Under the pieces are notes generated by a model. It saw nothing but the letters and a program-made list of their open reading frames with translations, searched no databases and was not told where the DNA came from. Below, piece after piece: positions 1 to 12,200 of a DNA stretch of 64,000 nt. Within the stretch, counting starts at the first letter, position 1; each line of letters starts with the position of its first letter. The DNA lies in assembly GCA_002269645.1 (NCBI GenBank), contig NIVC01000455.1, forward strand, positions 124,001 through 188,000. Reading direction: 5' to 3'. The stretch comes from Macrostomum lignano (Eukaryota). Position numbers and translations under genes: made by a program.

Positions 1-630
1 GATTCTCGTGGCGGATTTGCAGGGATTCTCGTGGCGGATTTGCAGGGATTCTCGGGGCGGATTTACAGGGATTCTCGTGGCGGATTTGCAGGGATTCTCG
101 TGGCGGATTTGCAGGGATTTTCGGGGCGGATTTACAGGGATTCTCGGGGCGGATTTGCAGGGATTTTCGGGGCGGATTTACAGGGATTCTCGGGGCGGAT
201 TTACAGGGATTTTCGTGGCGGATTTGCAGGGATTCTCGTGGCGGATTTGCAGGGATTCTCGGGGCGGATTTACAGGGATTCTCGTGGCGGATTTGCAGGG
301 ATTCTCGAGGCGGATTTGCAGGGATTCTCGTGGCGGATTTGCAGGGATTCTCGAGGCGGATTTGCAGGGATTCTCGGGGCGGATTTGCAGGGATTCTCTC
401 GGTGGATTTGCAGGGATTCTCAGGGCGGATTTGCAGGGATTCTCTAGGGGTGGATTTGCAGGGACTCTCGTGGCGGATTTGCAGGGACTCTCGTGGCGGA
501 TTTGCAGGGACTCTCGGGGCGGATTTGCAGGGACTCTCGTGGCGGATTTGCAGGGATTCTCGGGGCGGATTTGCAGGGATTCTCTAGGGGTGGATTTGCA
601 GGGATTCTCGGGGCGGATTTGCAGGGATTC
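1..630. repeat. Minisatellite, 23-bp unit (gattctcgtggcggatttgcagg), ~27 copies, probably continuing beyond the window start
   Basis: Direct 23-bp periodicity with variant positions; produces the spurious MADLQGFS ORFs. Confidence 0.97.
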
Positions 631-1119
631 TTGCAAGCGCTGAAAATTGAGAAGTATCTTATCAAAGGCAACTAGAAAGCGACTTATTGTAATCGATTTC
701 AAAATTTGACGCAAAACTTTGGTCGGTTGAGCACACCTAAGCAGCCAAGAATAACGGCTCACTAAGTGAATGACGCACTTGGTACAGAGGACAAATAAGT
801 CAATGAGTCGGTACTGGGAACTCGCTAGCTGAAGTGATGAAGTCACACCTCAGTCTCTCTAGAATCGGCTGGGCCTTAGCAAACTAATTCAGAAAACTAA
901 GAAACACTCAAGGTGATAAAATCTTCAAGAGTTAAAATAAAATTTACATCAGATTTGTGTATAACAAAACAATTTGTTTTATTAAATAAAAATAAAATTT
1001 ATTTGGGCCCCGCCGATCTTTGAATTTAGAAGACAACAGGCTTTCTGCCAACGGATCAACAATAGCTGTTTCTGAGCAACCATTTCTTAGAAACACTCGG
1101 TTTTGAATTGGCGCGCTGT

Positions 1120-3784
1120 CTAGACGTATCTGGTCCAGGCCTGGTCGAGGCCCGGCCGCGGGCCCGAGCCCACCGGCACGCAGTTGAAGGCGTAGTTGTC
1201 GCCGAAGTTGTTGTCCCAGTAGGTCTCGCCGTTCACCGAGTAGGCGATGCAGAACGCGACTCGATCCCCGGCCCGCAGCCAGTCCGGCAGGCCCAGCGTG
1301 AAGGCGAACTGGTCGCTGCTGCCGTTGCCGGAGACGTAGTCGGCGCAGACCTCGAAGCTGTTGCCCCAGTTGTCCAGGCTGGCTTTGACTCGGACAGCCT
1401 TCTCGAAGCCCAGGTTGGCCACGCGGACGAAACCGCGGACCTGCCGGGCGAAGGGTCGGGGCGGTTGGCAGCACTGGTGAAGCTCCAGTTCTGAATATTG
1501 AAGCTCAAATTTCTCGAAAACCTAAAGCTACAATACTGAACTCTTAAGCTCAATTTCTCAACACTGAAGTTTCACTTATGAACAATAAATCTCAAGCTTC
1601 AAGCCCTAAATCCCAAGGTTTAAGCCCTAAATCTTGGCTTTTAAGGCCCAAATCTCAAGTTTTAAGCCCTAAATCTCACGCTTTAAGCCCTAAATCAAGC
1701 GCTAAATTTCAAGTTTAAAGCCCTAAATCTCAGCCCTAAATCCCACACTTGAAGACCTAAATGTAAATCACGTGACACGAACCCTAAATCTTTATTTTGA
1801 CGCAAAATTCCCGACTCAAATATCTGGACTCTCCATCCGGGCGGGCTCACCTGGCCGCCAACTGTGGTCGCAGGTGCGGGCGCATGCTGGGTGAAGGAAG
1901 GCAGACCGACTGTAGGGGCCTGCTGGTGGAACTGCGCCCTCTCCAGCACCACCTTCTGGGCGGCGATTCGCGAGTTGAAGTTCGGCGCCGAGCCCGGCTG
2001 GGCGAACGACGGCGACAGGTAGAGATGAACAGGTGCGTGCGGCGGCGGCTTCTGCTGCTGCAGGTCTCTGAAGCTCAGAAGATCGTCGCCTTCCTCCGCC
2101 TGTTCCTCGTCGTCGGACGGGGGCAACACGAGGTCACGGGTCGCCTGCGGGGGAATTTCCGGCGGCGATTCGAGGTCGAACACGTCGCGGACCAGGGCGA
2201 GGTCGAGGCCCATCGCGTCGGCGAAGCGGACGGCCTTCTTGGTGACTGCGTCCGGGCTGGAGTCTTCCTGCTGGCGGGGCAGCTTGAGGCTGGAAGCGCG
2301 CTTGTAGGCGGGCCGAGAGTCCTCGTCCAGCTGGCTGTCGCTGCCGCTGCGGCTGCTGTCGAGGCTGTTGCCGCTGTTCGCCGCGTTGTCCTGCGGAGGT
2401 TTGGCGGTGCGGCCAGCGGTTTTAACTGGGGTCCAACCGGTGCAGTCGGCTGCTGTAATCTGAGCTGCTTTCTTGTGATACCGACCCCGAGCTTCAGGGG
2501 GTGAATTTGCAGCTTCAAGATGGGGAATTGTACCTTCAGGGTGGGGAATCGTAGCTTCAAGATAGGGAATCGTACCTTCAGGGTGAGGAATCATAGCTTC
2601 AGGGTGGGGAATCGTAGCTTCAGGCTTGGGAACCGTAGCTTCAGGGTGGGGAATCGTTGCTTCAGGAAGGGGAATTGTAGCTTCAAGTTGGGATAACCGT
2701 GGCTTCCGGCTTGGGAATCGTAGCTTCAGGCTTGGGAATCGTAGCTTCAGGCTTTTTGGAATCGTAGCTTCAGGGTGGGGAATCGTAGCTTCAGGCTTGG
2801 GAAATCGTAGCTTCAGGGTGTGGAATCGTAGCTTCAGGCTTGGGAACCGTAGCTTCAGGGTGTGGAACCGTAGCTTCAAGATGGGGCATCGTAGCTTCAG
2901 GGTGGGGAATCGTTGCTTCAGGAAGGGGAATCGTAGCTTCAGGGTGGGAAATCGTAGCTTCAGGGTGGGGAATCGTAGCTTCAGGGTGGGGAATCGTAGC
3001 TTCAGGGTGGGGAATCGTAGCTTCAGGCTTGGGAACTGTAGCTTCAGGGTGTGGAAGCGTAGCTTCAAGATGGGGCATCGTAGCTTCAGGGTGGGAAATC
3101 GTAGCTTCAGGAAGGGGAATCGTAGCTTCAGGGTGGGAAATCGTTGCTTCAGGAAGGGGAATCGTAGCTTCAGGGTGGGAAATCGTAGCTTCAGGGTGGG
3201 AAATCGTAGCTTCAGGGTGTGGAATCGTAGCTTCAGGCTTGGGAACCGTAGCTTCAGGGTGTGGAACCGTAGCTTCAAGATGGGGCATCGTAGCTTCAGG
3301 GTGGGGAATCGTTGCTTCAGGAAGGGGAATCGTAGCTTCAGGGTGGGAAATCGTAGCTTCAGGGTGGGGAATCGTAGCTTCAGGGTGGGAAATCGTTGCT
3401 TCAGGAAGGGGAATCGTAGCTTCAAGTTGGGATAACCGTGGCTTCCGGCTTGGGAATCGGCTTGGGAGTGAAGGCTTCAGAACTGAGTGCAGCTTCTCCA
3501 AGCTCCCCCCGTCAGTCTTGAAGATTCTGAGAGCCCAGTTGTACCTGCGAGTACTGCAGCCCGCCAGCCTGCAGGGCCCGCAGCGCCAGGGTGAGGCTGT
3601 CCACCCGCTTCAGGCTGCACTCGAAGTCCGCCTCGGTCTCGTCCTCCGTTGCGACGTCGGCTTCCGCCGCTGCGCCGCCTGCCGCAGCTTCCAACGCCAC
3701 TGCAGCCACAGCCGCCGCCGCGGTGTCCTCCCATCGCAGGCCATCGTCATCTTCGGCAGGCTGCACCCCGCTGCTGTCACTCAT
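1120..3784 (-). CDS. PPP1R3: Protein phosphatase 1 glycogen-targeting regulatory subunit (PPP1R3 family, CBM21), ~389 aa; exons 3784-3545, 2459-1851, 1440-1120
   Basis: RVxF-type motif KKAVRFADAMGLDL; CBM21 motifs VRVANLGFEK and YWDNNFGDNY; two GT-AG phase-0 introns join into one open frame; AATAAA about 120 nt after the stop. Start codon at 3784 is the first in-frame ATG. Confidence 0.9.
1595..1790. repeat. Degenerate ~20-bp tandem repeat (tttaagccctaaatctcaag) in PPP1R3-like intron 2
   Basis: Repeated aagccctaaatc core, about 8 imperfect copies. Confidence 0.8.
2510..3460. repeat. Minisatellite, 21-bp unit (aatcgtagcttcagggtgggg), ~45 copies, filling PPP1R3-like intron 1
   Basis: Direct periodicity with higher-order variant blocks; source of the LKLRFPT/GNRSFRV pseudo-ORFs. 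Confidence 0.97.
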
Positions 3785-6700
3785 TTGATGGAGAAGGGAG
3801 CCGAGCAGCTTCACCGGCCAATCAGCGGCTACTGGCGGCCGTCGTCTGAACAAGACCGGCTTCTGATTTTGCTGTTGCTGCTTTTGCTGCTGCTGACTGG
3901 CTGTGAGGCCTGCACTGCAGCATAGTTTATCTCCAACACGAGTAGCTTTGGCCAACTCCCGTATTTTCCTTTGTTCTTTGGCTCGTGTATTCAGCAACTT
4001 GTCTTGAACGAGCGGTCAGCGATGTTGGCTCTGTTTGGCCTGCACTGCGCGAGGTCAAAAGAAGGTCATAGTGATCTTTCTCTGACTTGAAAAGAAACGC
4101 AACAAAACTAATTGAATAAAATCAGCTCCAGCACTAGATCTATTAAATGGTTACTTTTAAACTTTTCTTCAGCAGACAAGTGTTGATTTTGGCCTGTGAA
4201 GTCAGAGTTCAACCATAGAGTGCATCTTTGCTTCCTGATTTGGCTAATACGCAGCTAGCAGTCAATAGTTAATTTCTCACCTTTATCCAGCGGGCTAATG
4301 TTGTTGCTAATATCCTAATGGCTTTTCCAGTTAGCCTAATACAGCGTTTAACTCTAAGGCTAGTGTACGAGTAGAGTAGAAAATTAGAAATTTAATGTAC
4401 TTTTATTTCTACCAGATTCAGACTAGACAGACTCAGACGGTGCGAGGCAGACGACAGCAAATAAAATTTGAATTCTGCAGCAGTCAATAGAGTAAGAAAT
4501 ACTCGACTGGCTTCAGTTGACATAAAATGGTACCTTAGATCCAGCGGCTGGCACTCACCGATGCCCTTCTCTCAATCACAGCATATAGCGAGCAGTCCTC
4601 TAATCTTCTCTGTGCGTTTCCTTTGATTTTTTGAGCGCGACGCGAGTAGAGAGTAAAGTTCTAAGGGCTGGAGTCGGTCGGACTGGTTTTTCTGAGCTCT
4701 TCCGCCGTCTGTAATGTATTGTCGCATTGGCCGCACTCAGGGCTCAGGCAAGCAGCTTTTGCTTGGTTTTGTTTGGTCTGGCCGGGGGCGAAATAAGGAC
4801 AAGCCGGCCTGCCCCCTCCGTTCTGCGCGGAGTGCAAATCTGTCCAAACCCCAGCCGCTCTCTCCGCCGCCCGTCCCTCTCCACCCACTCTCCGGTAAGA
4901 GGTCGTAAAAACGGTTCAATGTACATAGATGGGGTGGAGCGCGCACTGTACACTGTGCCCGCAGCTTGCGTACACACGTACCCCGTACCCGTAAACAGAT
5001 TCGGGATCGGGACAGGCCGGGGGGGGGGAGACACCGAAATAAAAATCTAACGGGGTAGGCGGGGACTAGGGCCTCGGGTAGACAGAAAACAAGCGCGGGG
5101 AAAGAAATTTGGCGTACGCACAGTTACAAGGAAGGACACTGGACTAGTTATTGTGTCTATCTAGGCTATTCTCCATCTAAATAAAACATGTATGATGTAT
5201 ATCTATCATCCTCTGCAATACCGGTACTCATCCTAGAAAGCAACTTTTGCGATTATAATTCAATTTACTCGTCGAATCACAATGCGAATTGGTCGAATTT
5301 TTGTTATTTTTTTTTGTATTTTTATCGTACGCATTGAAGCTAAGGTTAATAGAGAAATTTCCAGCCCTCCAAAATCGTTGACAGTCTTTAATGATCAACC
5401 TCAACCAGTCATCGGATTGATCTAGCCGGTCAAATAAATAAGGCAAATCAGTTAATAACAGCCGAAAAAAATTCTATTGCTAAATTCAGGGTGCAAATAG
5501 AAGCGCGAGCGCGTAACTGTTGAATATTTCTGTCAAAAGATAAAAGACAGCAAATTGAAACTGCGCAGGACGCAGGAACAGTATGAAATATGATTTATTA
5601 GCTATAATAATTTCAAAGATTTTTCAGACAACCGCTGCAGGGCAGGCACGAACCTGCCAGTGCCGCACCACTCTTCTCTAAGGTTCTTAAATCAATATAA
5701 TTAAATGAATATCTAATAAAAAGTTGCAGCTTAAAAACAGTTCTGCAGATCATAATCAGACAGGTATTGTAATAAAAAGAGCTGTTAATTTTTCCTGCTT
5801 ATTGAAGCCCGACAGTCAGCAGCAGCATTGGTTGCACAAACAAAAACAGTGTTGAGTATCTCTATTCTATCTCACAATTGTGTCAATCAAATTAAAACAA
5901 AAGGCTTTTAACCTTGAAAACCAATAAAAAACAAAAATCAATAGGGCTGTGCTGTGCACAATTAACTACAGGTAAAGTCTAATTTTTATTAATAGAAAAA
6001 AGTGCTGGATTGCACAGATCGTACGCATTGAAAAAGAGATAAAAATCTTTTTAAATATTTTATAGCAAAGCAGTCTACAACTGGCCGCAACTAAAACTAA
6101 TCTTAATTTTCAATTTTTATAGCAACAATACAATTCTAAAACAAAAGCAGCACTCAAGGAATTTAAATAGTCTGATAAATAAGAGAAAAACAATCTTGAT
6201 CAAATAAAAACTTTTAAAAAGTAATTAATGCACAGCTTGACCAGAAACTGAAAATTCTTAATAAGTATTGCCTGGCACAGCTGACAAACTAGAAATGAAA
6301 TCAATCATTTACCAACAGGAAGTGCTCAACTTTGGGCGTATCACAAGATTAGTGCGCGTGTACCAGACCAGACTCGGAAATGGGAAGACACCGCCATCGG
6401 AGATGTACATAATTAATTAAAGAACCCTACACAAGCAGTTCTTCCAAAACTAGCAGAACAAACGAAGGCCTATATAGTTCAAAAAGAATAAGTCATTGCG
6501 TTCTCATTAAACCCGGTAGCAAAGTAAAAAAAACTGGTGATCTGCGTTAATAAAAACTGGCACTGAAATATTAATAGAGGCGGGGACTACTAAGAGGGGT
6601 AGGAATTCAGTGTACATTTCGGTTTGCGGTTGGCCTTAGAGTGAGTGTACACACTGGGTTGAGATCAAACAGGCTTTTCTGGTGAAGATTGGAGTTTAGC

Positions 6701-7026
6701 CAGGAGGGAGAGGGTTTTGGCGATTGGGCAAGAGTGTGTGTTTTTATTAGCGGCAGGGGGTTGTGTACACCCTGGCGCACTTTAAGCGTCATTGGCACAC
6801 AACCGGCGAGAGGCATTACTCCCCATTCCGCCGACTCCCCTGAGCAGGTATACAAGCGCGCGGATACGTACGCAGGCAACACACTCACACAGGAGTGTAC
6901 AGCGGCCCTAACTTTATTTTATCGTTAGGCATGTACAATTCACTGCGCTTTGGGGGGGTTGGCTCTCAAGGCCGTTAATTGCACGAGCAGAGCCAAGCCG
7001 AGATTCCAATTCAGCCCCAAATTAAT

Positions 7027-7097
7027 GTGACTGCACTTGGAATCGAGCCTGGGTCGCTGGCACACCAGAGCCTGCGCTAGACCGCTGGGCTACGCCC
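7027..7097 (-). ncRNA. tRNA-like sequence (tRNA pseudogene or SINE head)
   Basis: Minus strand reads TAGCCCAGCGG (A box) and GGCTCGATTCC (B box) at tRNA spacing; the acceptor stem cannot pair. Confidence 0.55.
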
Positions 7098-8891
7098 CCC
7101 CCCTAAGAGTGTGTGTACATTGAGGCAAGTCTAGCCCGTGGGCTGAATGTACATTGAGGAATAGAAAGGTTCGAAGTGTACATTAATTGTCTTATCTAGG
7201 TTTGGGGGGAAGGCAAACCTATTTTTAGAATTGTTATAAACAAACCTACGATAAAATCGAACAACTCTCTTTCGCACAAGAGTTCTGCCCACTCATTTCA
7301 TCATCATTTCTTCTATTTGTGGGAGACTCGTGCCAATAAGAGTAATAGGCTCTATGCAGTTTCAGAGGGTTAAAAAGCAAAACAAGATTAGGAAGAAAAC
7401 ATAAAGAACCAAATAATTACTGTGTCAGTCTAATGCTCGGGAATCGCGTGCTGACCTAGCAATCAACTAAATAATAATAATCTTAAAAAATGAAGCAAAA
7501 TCTAAATTCACTTCTTTCTTTCACAGCAAAAATTATACAGGTGACTAAAGAAAAGCTAGTTGATAAAAAGAAGCAGACTAAGCTTGTCAAACGTAAAAAA
7601 ATCGCTCTAGTACAAGACAAAATAGGAAGAAATAGAAGCAGCGTTTGATGCGACAGGTGGAAGTAATAGGCAAAGCTAGTTCCAATTGCGAATACAAAAA
7701 ACAGCCAGTTAAATTGCTGCGCCAAAGCAGTTTGGTCAGAGATTTAATAATAAGCTACTGCAAGTAGTACGCTAAGGAAGTAGGTAAAGCAAAGCAGACT
7801 ACAGTTGACTTACAAGCAAATATTTGGGGATGGAAAACGACTCGGGCAGACTTGGATTCGCGGCTCTTTGTCCGTAAAATTGTTGTACTTTGTATAAAAA
7901 CTGGAAAATGATTCAGCAAACTCTAAGCAAAGGTCGATGTTAGCATTATTGGAGAGGTCACGCTGAGTCCTGCATAGGCATTGCTCACAGGACAAAGGAT
8001 ATGTGAGTTTGTGAACGGAGAGCACAGCCCCTCAGAAGAAACACTGGTGAACAAAACAGAGTTTAAAGGGAGAACAGCAGAAGCAGTTTGCATAAATAGC
8101 AGTTAATATTGCACCATGGATCATGCCATACTACTATTGTACTTTTGCAATATTTAAAGATTTGGACAAGCAATACTCAGTAGTTACCTGAAAATTGCCC
8201 AAATTCCAAACACAAATTCAGCTAAAAATTCTGGTGGCACGCAAAAAAGAGATGGAAACAGCAGAAAAGAAGAATGGGTATTCGTTCGAGAACTGCCACT
8301 GCACAGCAGAGAGATCCGAAAACAGGGGGACGGGGGCTGCGGCTACTACATAACTGATGCTGAATATTCCAACTGCTAAACAGGCCTCAACGATGACGCA
8401 ACACACTTTGATTTTAAGCCCACCTGCAGTTGCACACTTTAAACGCCAAACGCGACGCTGCCTGTCAACGAGAATGTCTATGGCCATAAGACTACTGATG
8501 TAGTGTCAGGAATTTTTTGTAGAATTTAGCAGCCAATAGAAATCATACCTTAAGGGAGTTTCGGCCATAGACTGTCGTCACCTAATGAAAACGGTACCTA
8601 GGCCATAAAGCATCCCAGAGTCACTTGCGTCGCCTCAGTTGTTTGAGGTAACACAGGTAACATAGGAAAGCGACTCAAGACGACTTTAAAACGAAGAGAC
8701 ATCACGGTACAAGTCGCCAAAAAGTCGTCAGAGTCGTCTAAGAGTCAAGTCAAGACGTTTTATTGCTGAAGGCTGTGGGGCCCCGTATAGTCGCATCTGA
8801 GGCCTGCTGGAGTCGCTGTAGAATCACCGAGTTGCGCCTGAAGCGCAGCTGCGTCACGTCACTGTATGAATTATAATCGCATTTCACATTT

Positions 8892-9000
8892 ACAACAACT
8901 CTGTTTAGTCAATTTGAGTTAGCAGAAAGTCAAGCGCTGACACAACAACTCTGTTTAGTCAATTTGAGTTAGCAGAAAGTCAAGCGCTGACACAACAACT
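8892..9000. repeat. Exact 50-bp tandem duplication plus a partial third copy, downstream of the Argonaute stop
   Basis: acaacaactctgtttagtcaatttgagttagcagaaagtcaagcgctgac at 8892 and 8942. Confidence 0.9.
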
Positions 9001-9266
9001 TTCGGACGACTTTTTGGTGACTTTTACAATTCTGCAACTCATTTTGCAGAAAAAAATCCGTCACGTTAAGCCGTTTGAGCCGTTAAATAGTCACAAGACA
9101 CGAGGCAAGATAAGTTTGCAATGACTATTTAGCGATTCTGGTCACGGTAACGTTTTCAACGGGTCATCCATGACTAGCAATGGCATAGCAGCGGTGTGAC
9201 CGATCAAGTGCATTATAATAATAAACAAGATCTAAATGGCAGCCGGATTAGAGTCTAGCGGCCCCC

Positions 9267-12200
9267 TTATGCAAAGTACATGACCCGCATGGTCTCCGGG
9301 TGCACGGTGATGGCCCGCAGCATGGTGGCCGGGTTCCTCTCATCCGAGCTGCCGCTCTTCTGCGAGCCCTCGCCAATGTCAACCTGGTCCCTCTCGACCA
9401 GGTGGTAGCGGGCCCGGAAAGCCACCAGGTGAGCATAGTAAGCCGGGGCCGGGATGCTCACGGAGCGGGTGCAGCGCACGTACGTGTGGCACAGCTGGTA
9501 GGTGAGCATCTGCAGCTCGTCGGCTGAGAATTTGTTGTCGTCCCACATCACGTGATAGTGAGACGGCCGGCTGGTGCCCTGGAATTGGGAGCAGAGCAGC
9601 TCAGCGGTGAGCTCCGATGAGGACACCCATGAGGATCAACCCCAAAGGCCTCAAGTGTACATGCTTGACGATTTGAAAGTCAGGGCCACTTTACACCCAG
9701 TGTGAGCGTGTCTGCGTACAGTATTTGCTCCGGAGTCAGTGGAATGGGCAGAACCGGGATGCTGCCGCCGAGGGTGCCCACGAGCCTCCTATGAAAGTGA
9801 AATTTCCTGGGTTTCAACAGCTAAAATGATCGCACCTGAATGCCGGCATGGCTGCACAGGTAGAAGTCGAACTCTGTCGGATGCGTGATGGTCTGATCCA
9901 CAGTGGTACCAGCTGGGATGTTGCCGCTGCGGCCAATTTTGTCTTTGGTGTCGGCGCAGAACAGGCGGGTGTGGTGCCGCTTCTGCACCACCACGAAAGT
10001 GATGCCGGGCTGGTAGTCCAGCTCCAGACGGGTGCACGCCTCGCGGAGGGCGCGCAGCTCGTGCGACTGGACCACCTGGGGGAGGGGATGTCGCAAATCT
10101 GACAGTATAGGAATAGGGACGATCTGTGACACCTAATTGGGGATGAGAGGTGGTCTAAGGGAACACCTAATTGGGGATAAGAGGTGGTCTAAGGGAACAC
10201 CTAATTGGGGATAAGAGGTGGTCTAAGGGAACACCTAATTGAGGATAAGAGGTGATCTAAGGGAACACCTAATTGGGGATAACAGATGGTCTAAGGGAAC
10301 ACCTAATTTGGGATAAGAGATGGTCTAAGGGAACACCTAATTGGGGATAAGAGATGGTCTAAGGGAACACCTAATTGGGGATAGGAGGTGGTCTGAGGGA
10401 ATAAGAGAAAGAGATGGTGTAAAAGTACATATTGGGGGTGCAGAGTCGATACTGCAAAAAGAGCGGTGACGCAAGCCTAAGCAAACTCACCTGAAACTGG
10501 CCCTCGCTAACGCCGTCCCTGAAGTACACAATGCGAGTGGGCTTGAACCGGGTGCTCCTGTAGAACTGCAGCAGCAGCTCCCTGGTCATGCCGCACAGTT
10601 CGACAATTCGCTCCTCCCTGTGGGCCTGGACTCGAACCGTGGCGGCGTACCGGCTGGGGTGGGCGTCCATGCTGGCCACCACGGCCGCGATGGACGGCTT
10701 GGAGCGGTCGCCGGCCGGCGGGTGGGTCACGTCGCCGCCCATGAAGATGACGGGCTCGCGGAAGACGCCCGGACGAACGGCGGGCACCAGGATGGAGTTG
10801 ATGCCGCCGAGTTTGACGTTCATCTTCAGGCAGAGATTGCTGAGCGTCTGCGGAGAGGTTTTCACCACGTTCTTGGCCTGCACGCACTGGGTGGCCAGGC
10901 CGAACAGGATGTCGCCCACTCGCTTCACCTCGGCGTACACCTGGGGAATGGGGGAGGGTTGGTTAATTAATCAATCAATAACCAATCACAGACTTCACAC
11001 CAACCAATCAGAGACTCTCTGAACAGACCTCATCCTAACCAATCAGAGACTCTGAACAGACCTCATCCTAACCAATCAGAGACTCTGAACAGACCTCATC
11101 CTAACCAACCAATCAGAGACTCTGAACAGACCTCATCCTAACCAATCAGAGACTAAACAGACCTCATCCCAACCAATCAGAGACTCTCTAAACAGACCTC
11201 ATCTCAACCATGTCAACTTATTGAAAAAAGCAAATCAAAGAAGCCTTACAGGCGTCTTGCCTGGCAGCACAACCACAATAAGCTGCAGGCCTTGAAAGGT
11301 GTTTTTCAGGTAGCGGAACATCGGCTCCACCTGGTCCTGGCCGTTGGCGTACTTGCAGAAGCAGGGCTGGCCGGTGATGGCCATGCCGGCATCCTGGCTG
11401 ATCCGCTGCAGCTGCTGGGTGAACTGCCTCAGAGAGTCCTCGCGCACAATACGCTGAGCGGCGAAGCAGGCGATGGCCCACACTTTGATCTCGATGCCGG
11501 CGAAGAACTGCTTGCCGCGCATGTCCCAGACCCCCTGCTGCGGCAGCGCCTGCGCGCGGCTGCGCCCGCCGTACTGAATGCGCGGCGCCGGCAGCACCCG
11601 GCCGCCCACCTCCGCCATGCGAGGTTGCACCTGTCGGGATTTGTTAGGGATCAATGATTAGTGAAATATTTCAACTGCAGAGTGATTGGAGCGGTTGTAG
11701 AGGAATTGGGAATTGAGGGAATGGGAGTTATGGGGAATGGGAGTTGATGGAATGGGAGTTGAGGGAATGGGAGTTGAGGAATGGGATTTGAGGGAATGGG
11801 AGTTGAGGGGATGGGATTTGAGGGGATAAGATTTGAGGGAACGGAAGTTGAGGGAATGGGAGTTGAGGAATGGGATTTGAGGGAATGGGAGTTGATGGAA
11901 TGGGAATTAAGAGGATTGAAATTGAGGGAATGGGAATCAAGCAAATGGAATTCGAGGGAATTGGAATTGAGAGGATAGAGTTAAGGGGAAATCTAGTGCA
12001 ACAGATTGTGAGCAGTTACAAGCACATCCTGTACTTTCTAACCCTAGAAACCAACATGAAAAGTTCACCCCGAGAATCGCACCTGAATGCCGAAGGTCTG
12101 CAGGTGGCTGTCGTGGTTGAAGTTGGCCTTCCGCACCAAGTTGTTAATCTCGCGCTCCCGGTCCGGTGCGGACCTGGCCGTGGCCTTGATCATGGTGGAC

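Noticed and set aside
8-846. Long overlapping ORFs (MADLQGFS...)
   Set aside because: They are translations of a 23-bp minisatellite, open in several frames on both strands
1695-3925. 576-aa, 361-aa and similar ORFs with LKLRFPT/GIVASG repeats
   Set aside because: The repeat part lies in a GT-AG intron; only 2459-1851 and 3784-3545 are coding
7027-7097. Functional tRNA gene
   Set aside because: A and B boxes are present but there is no pairing acceptor stem or canonical 7-nt anticodon loop
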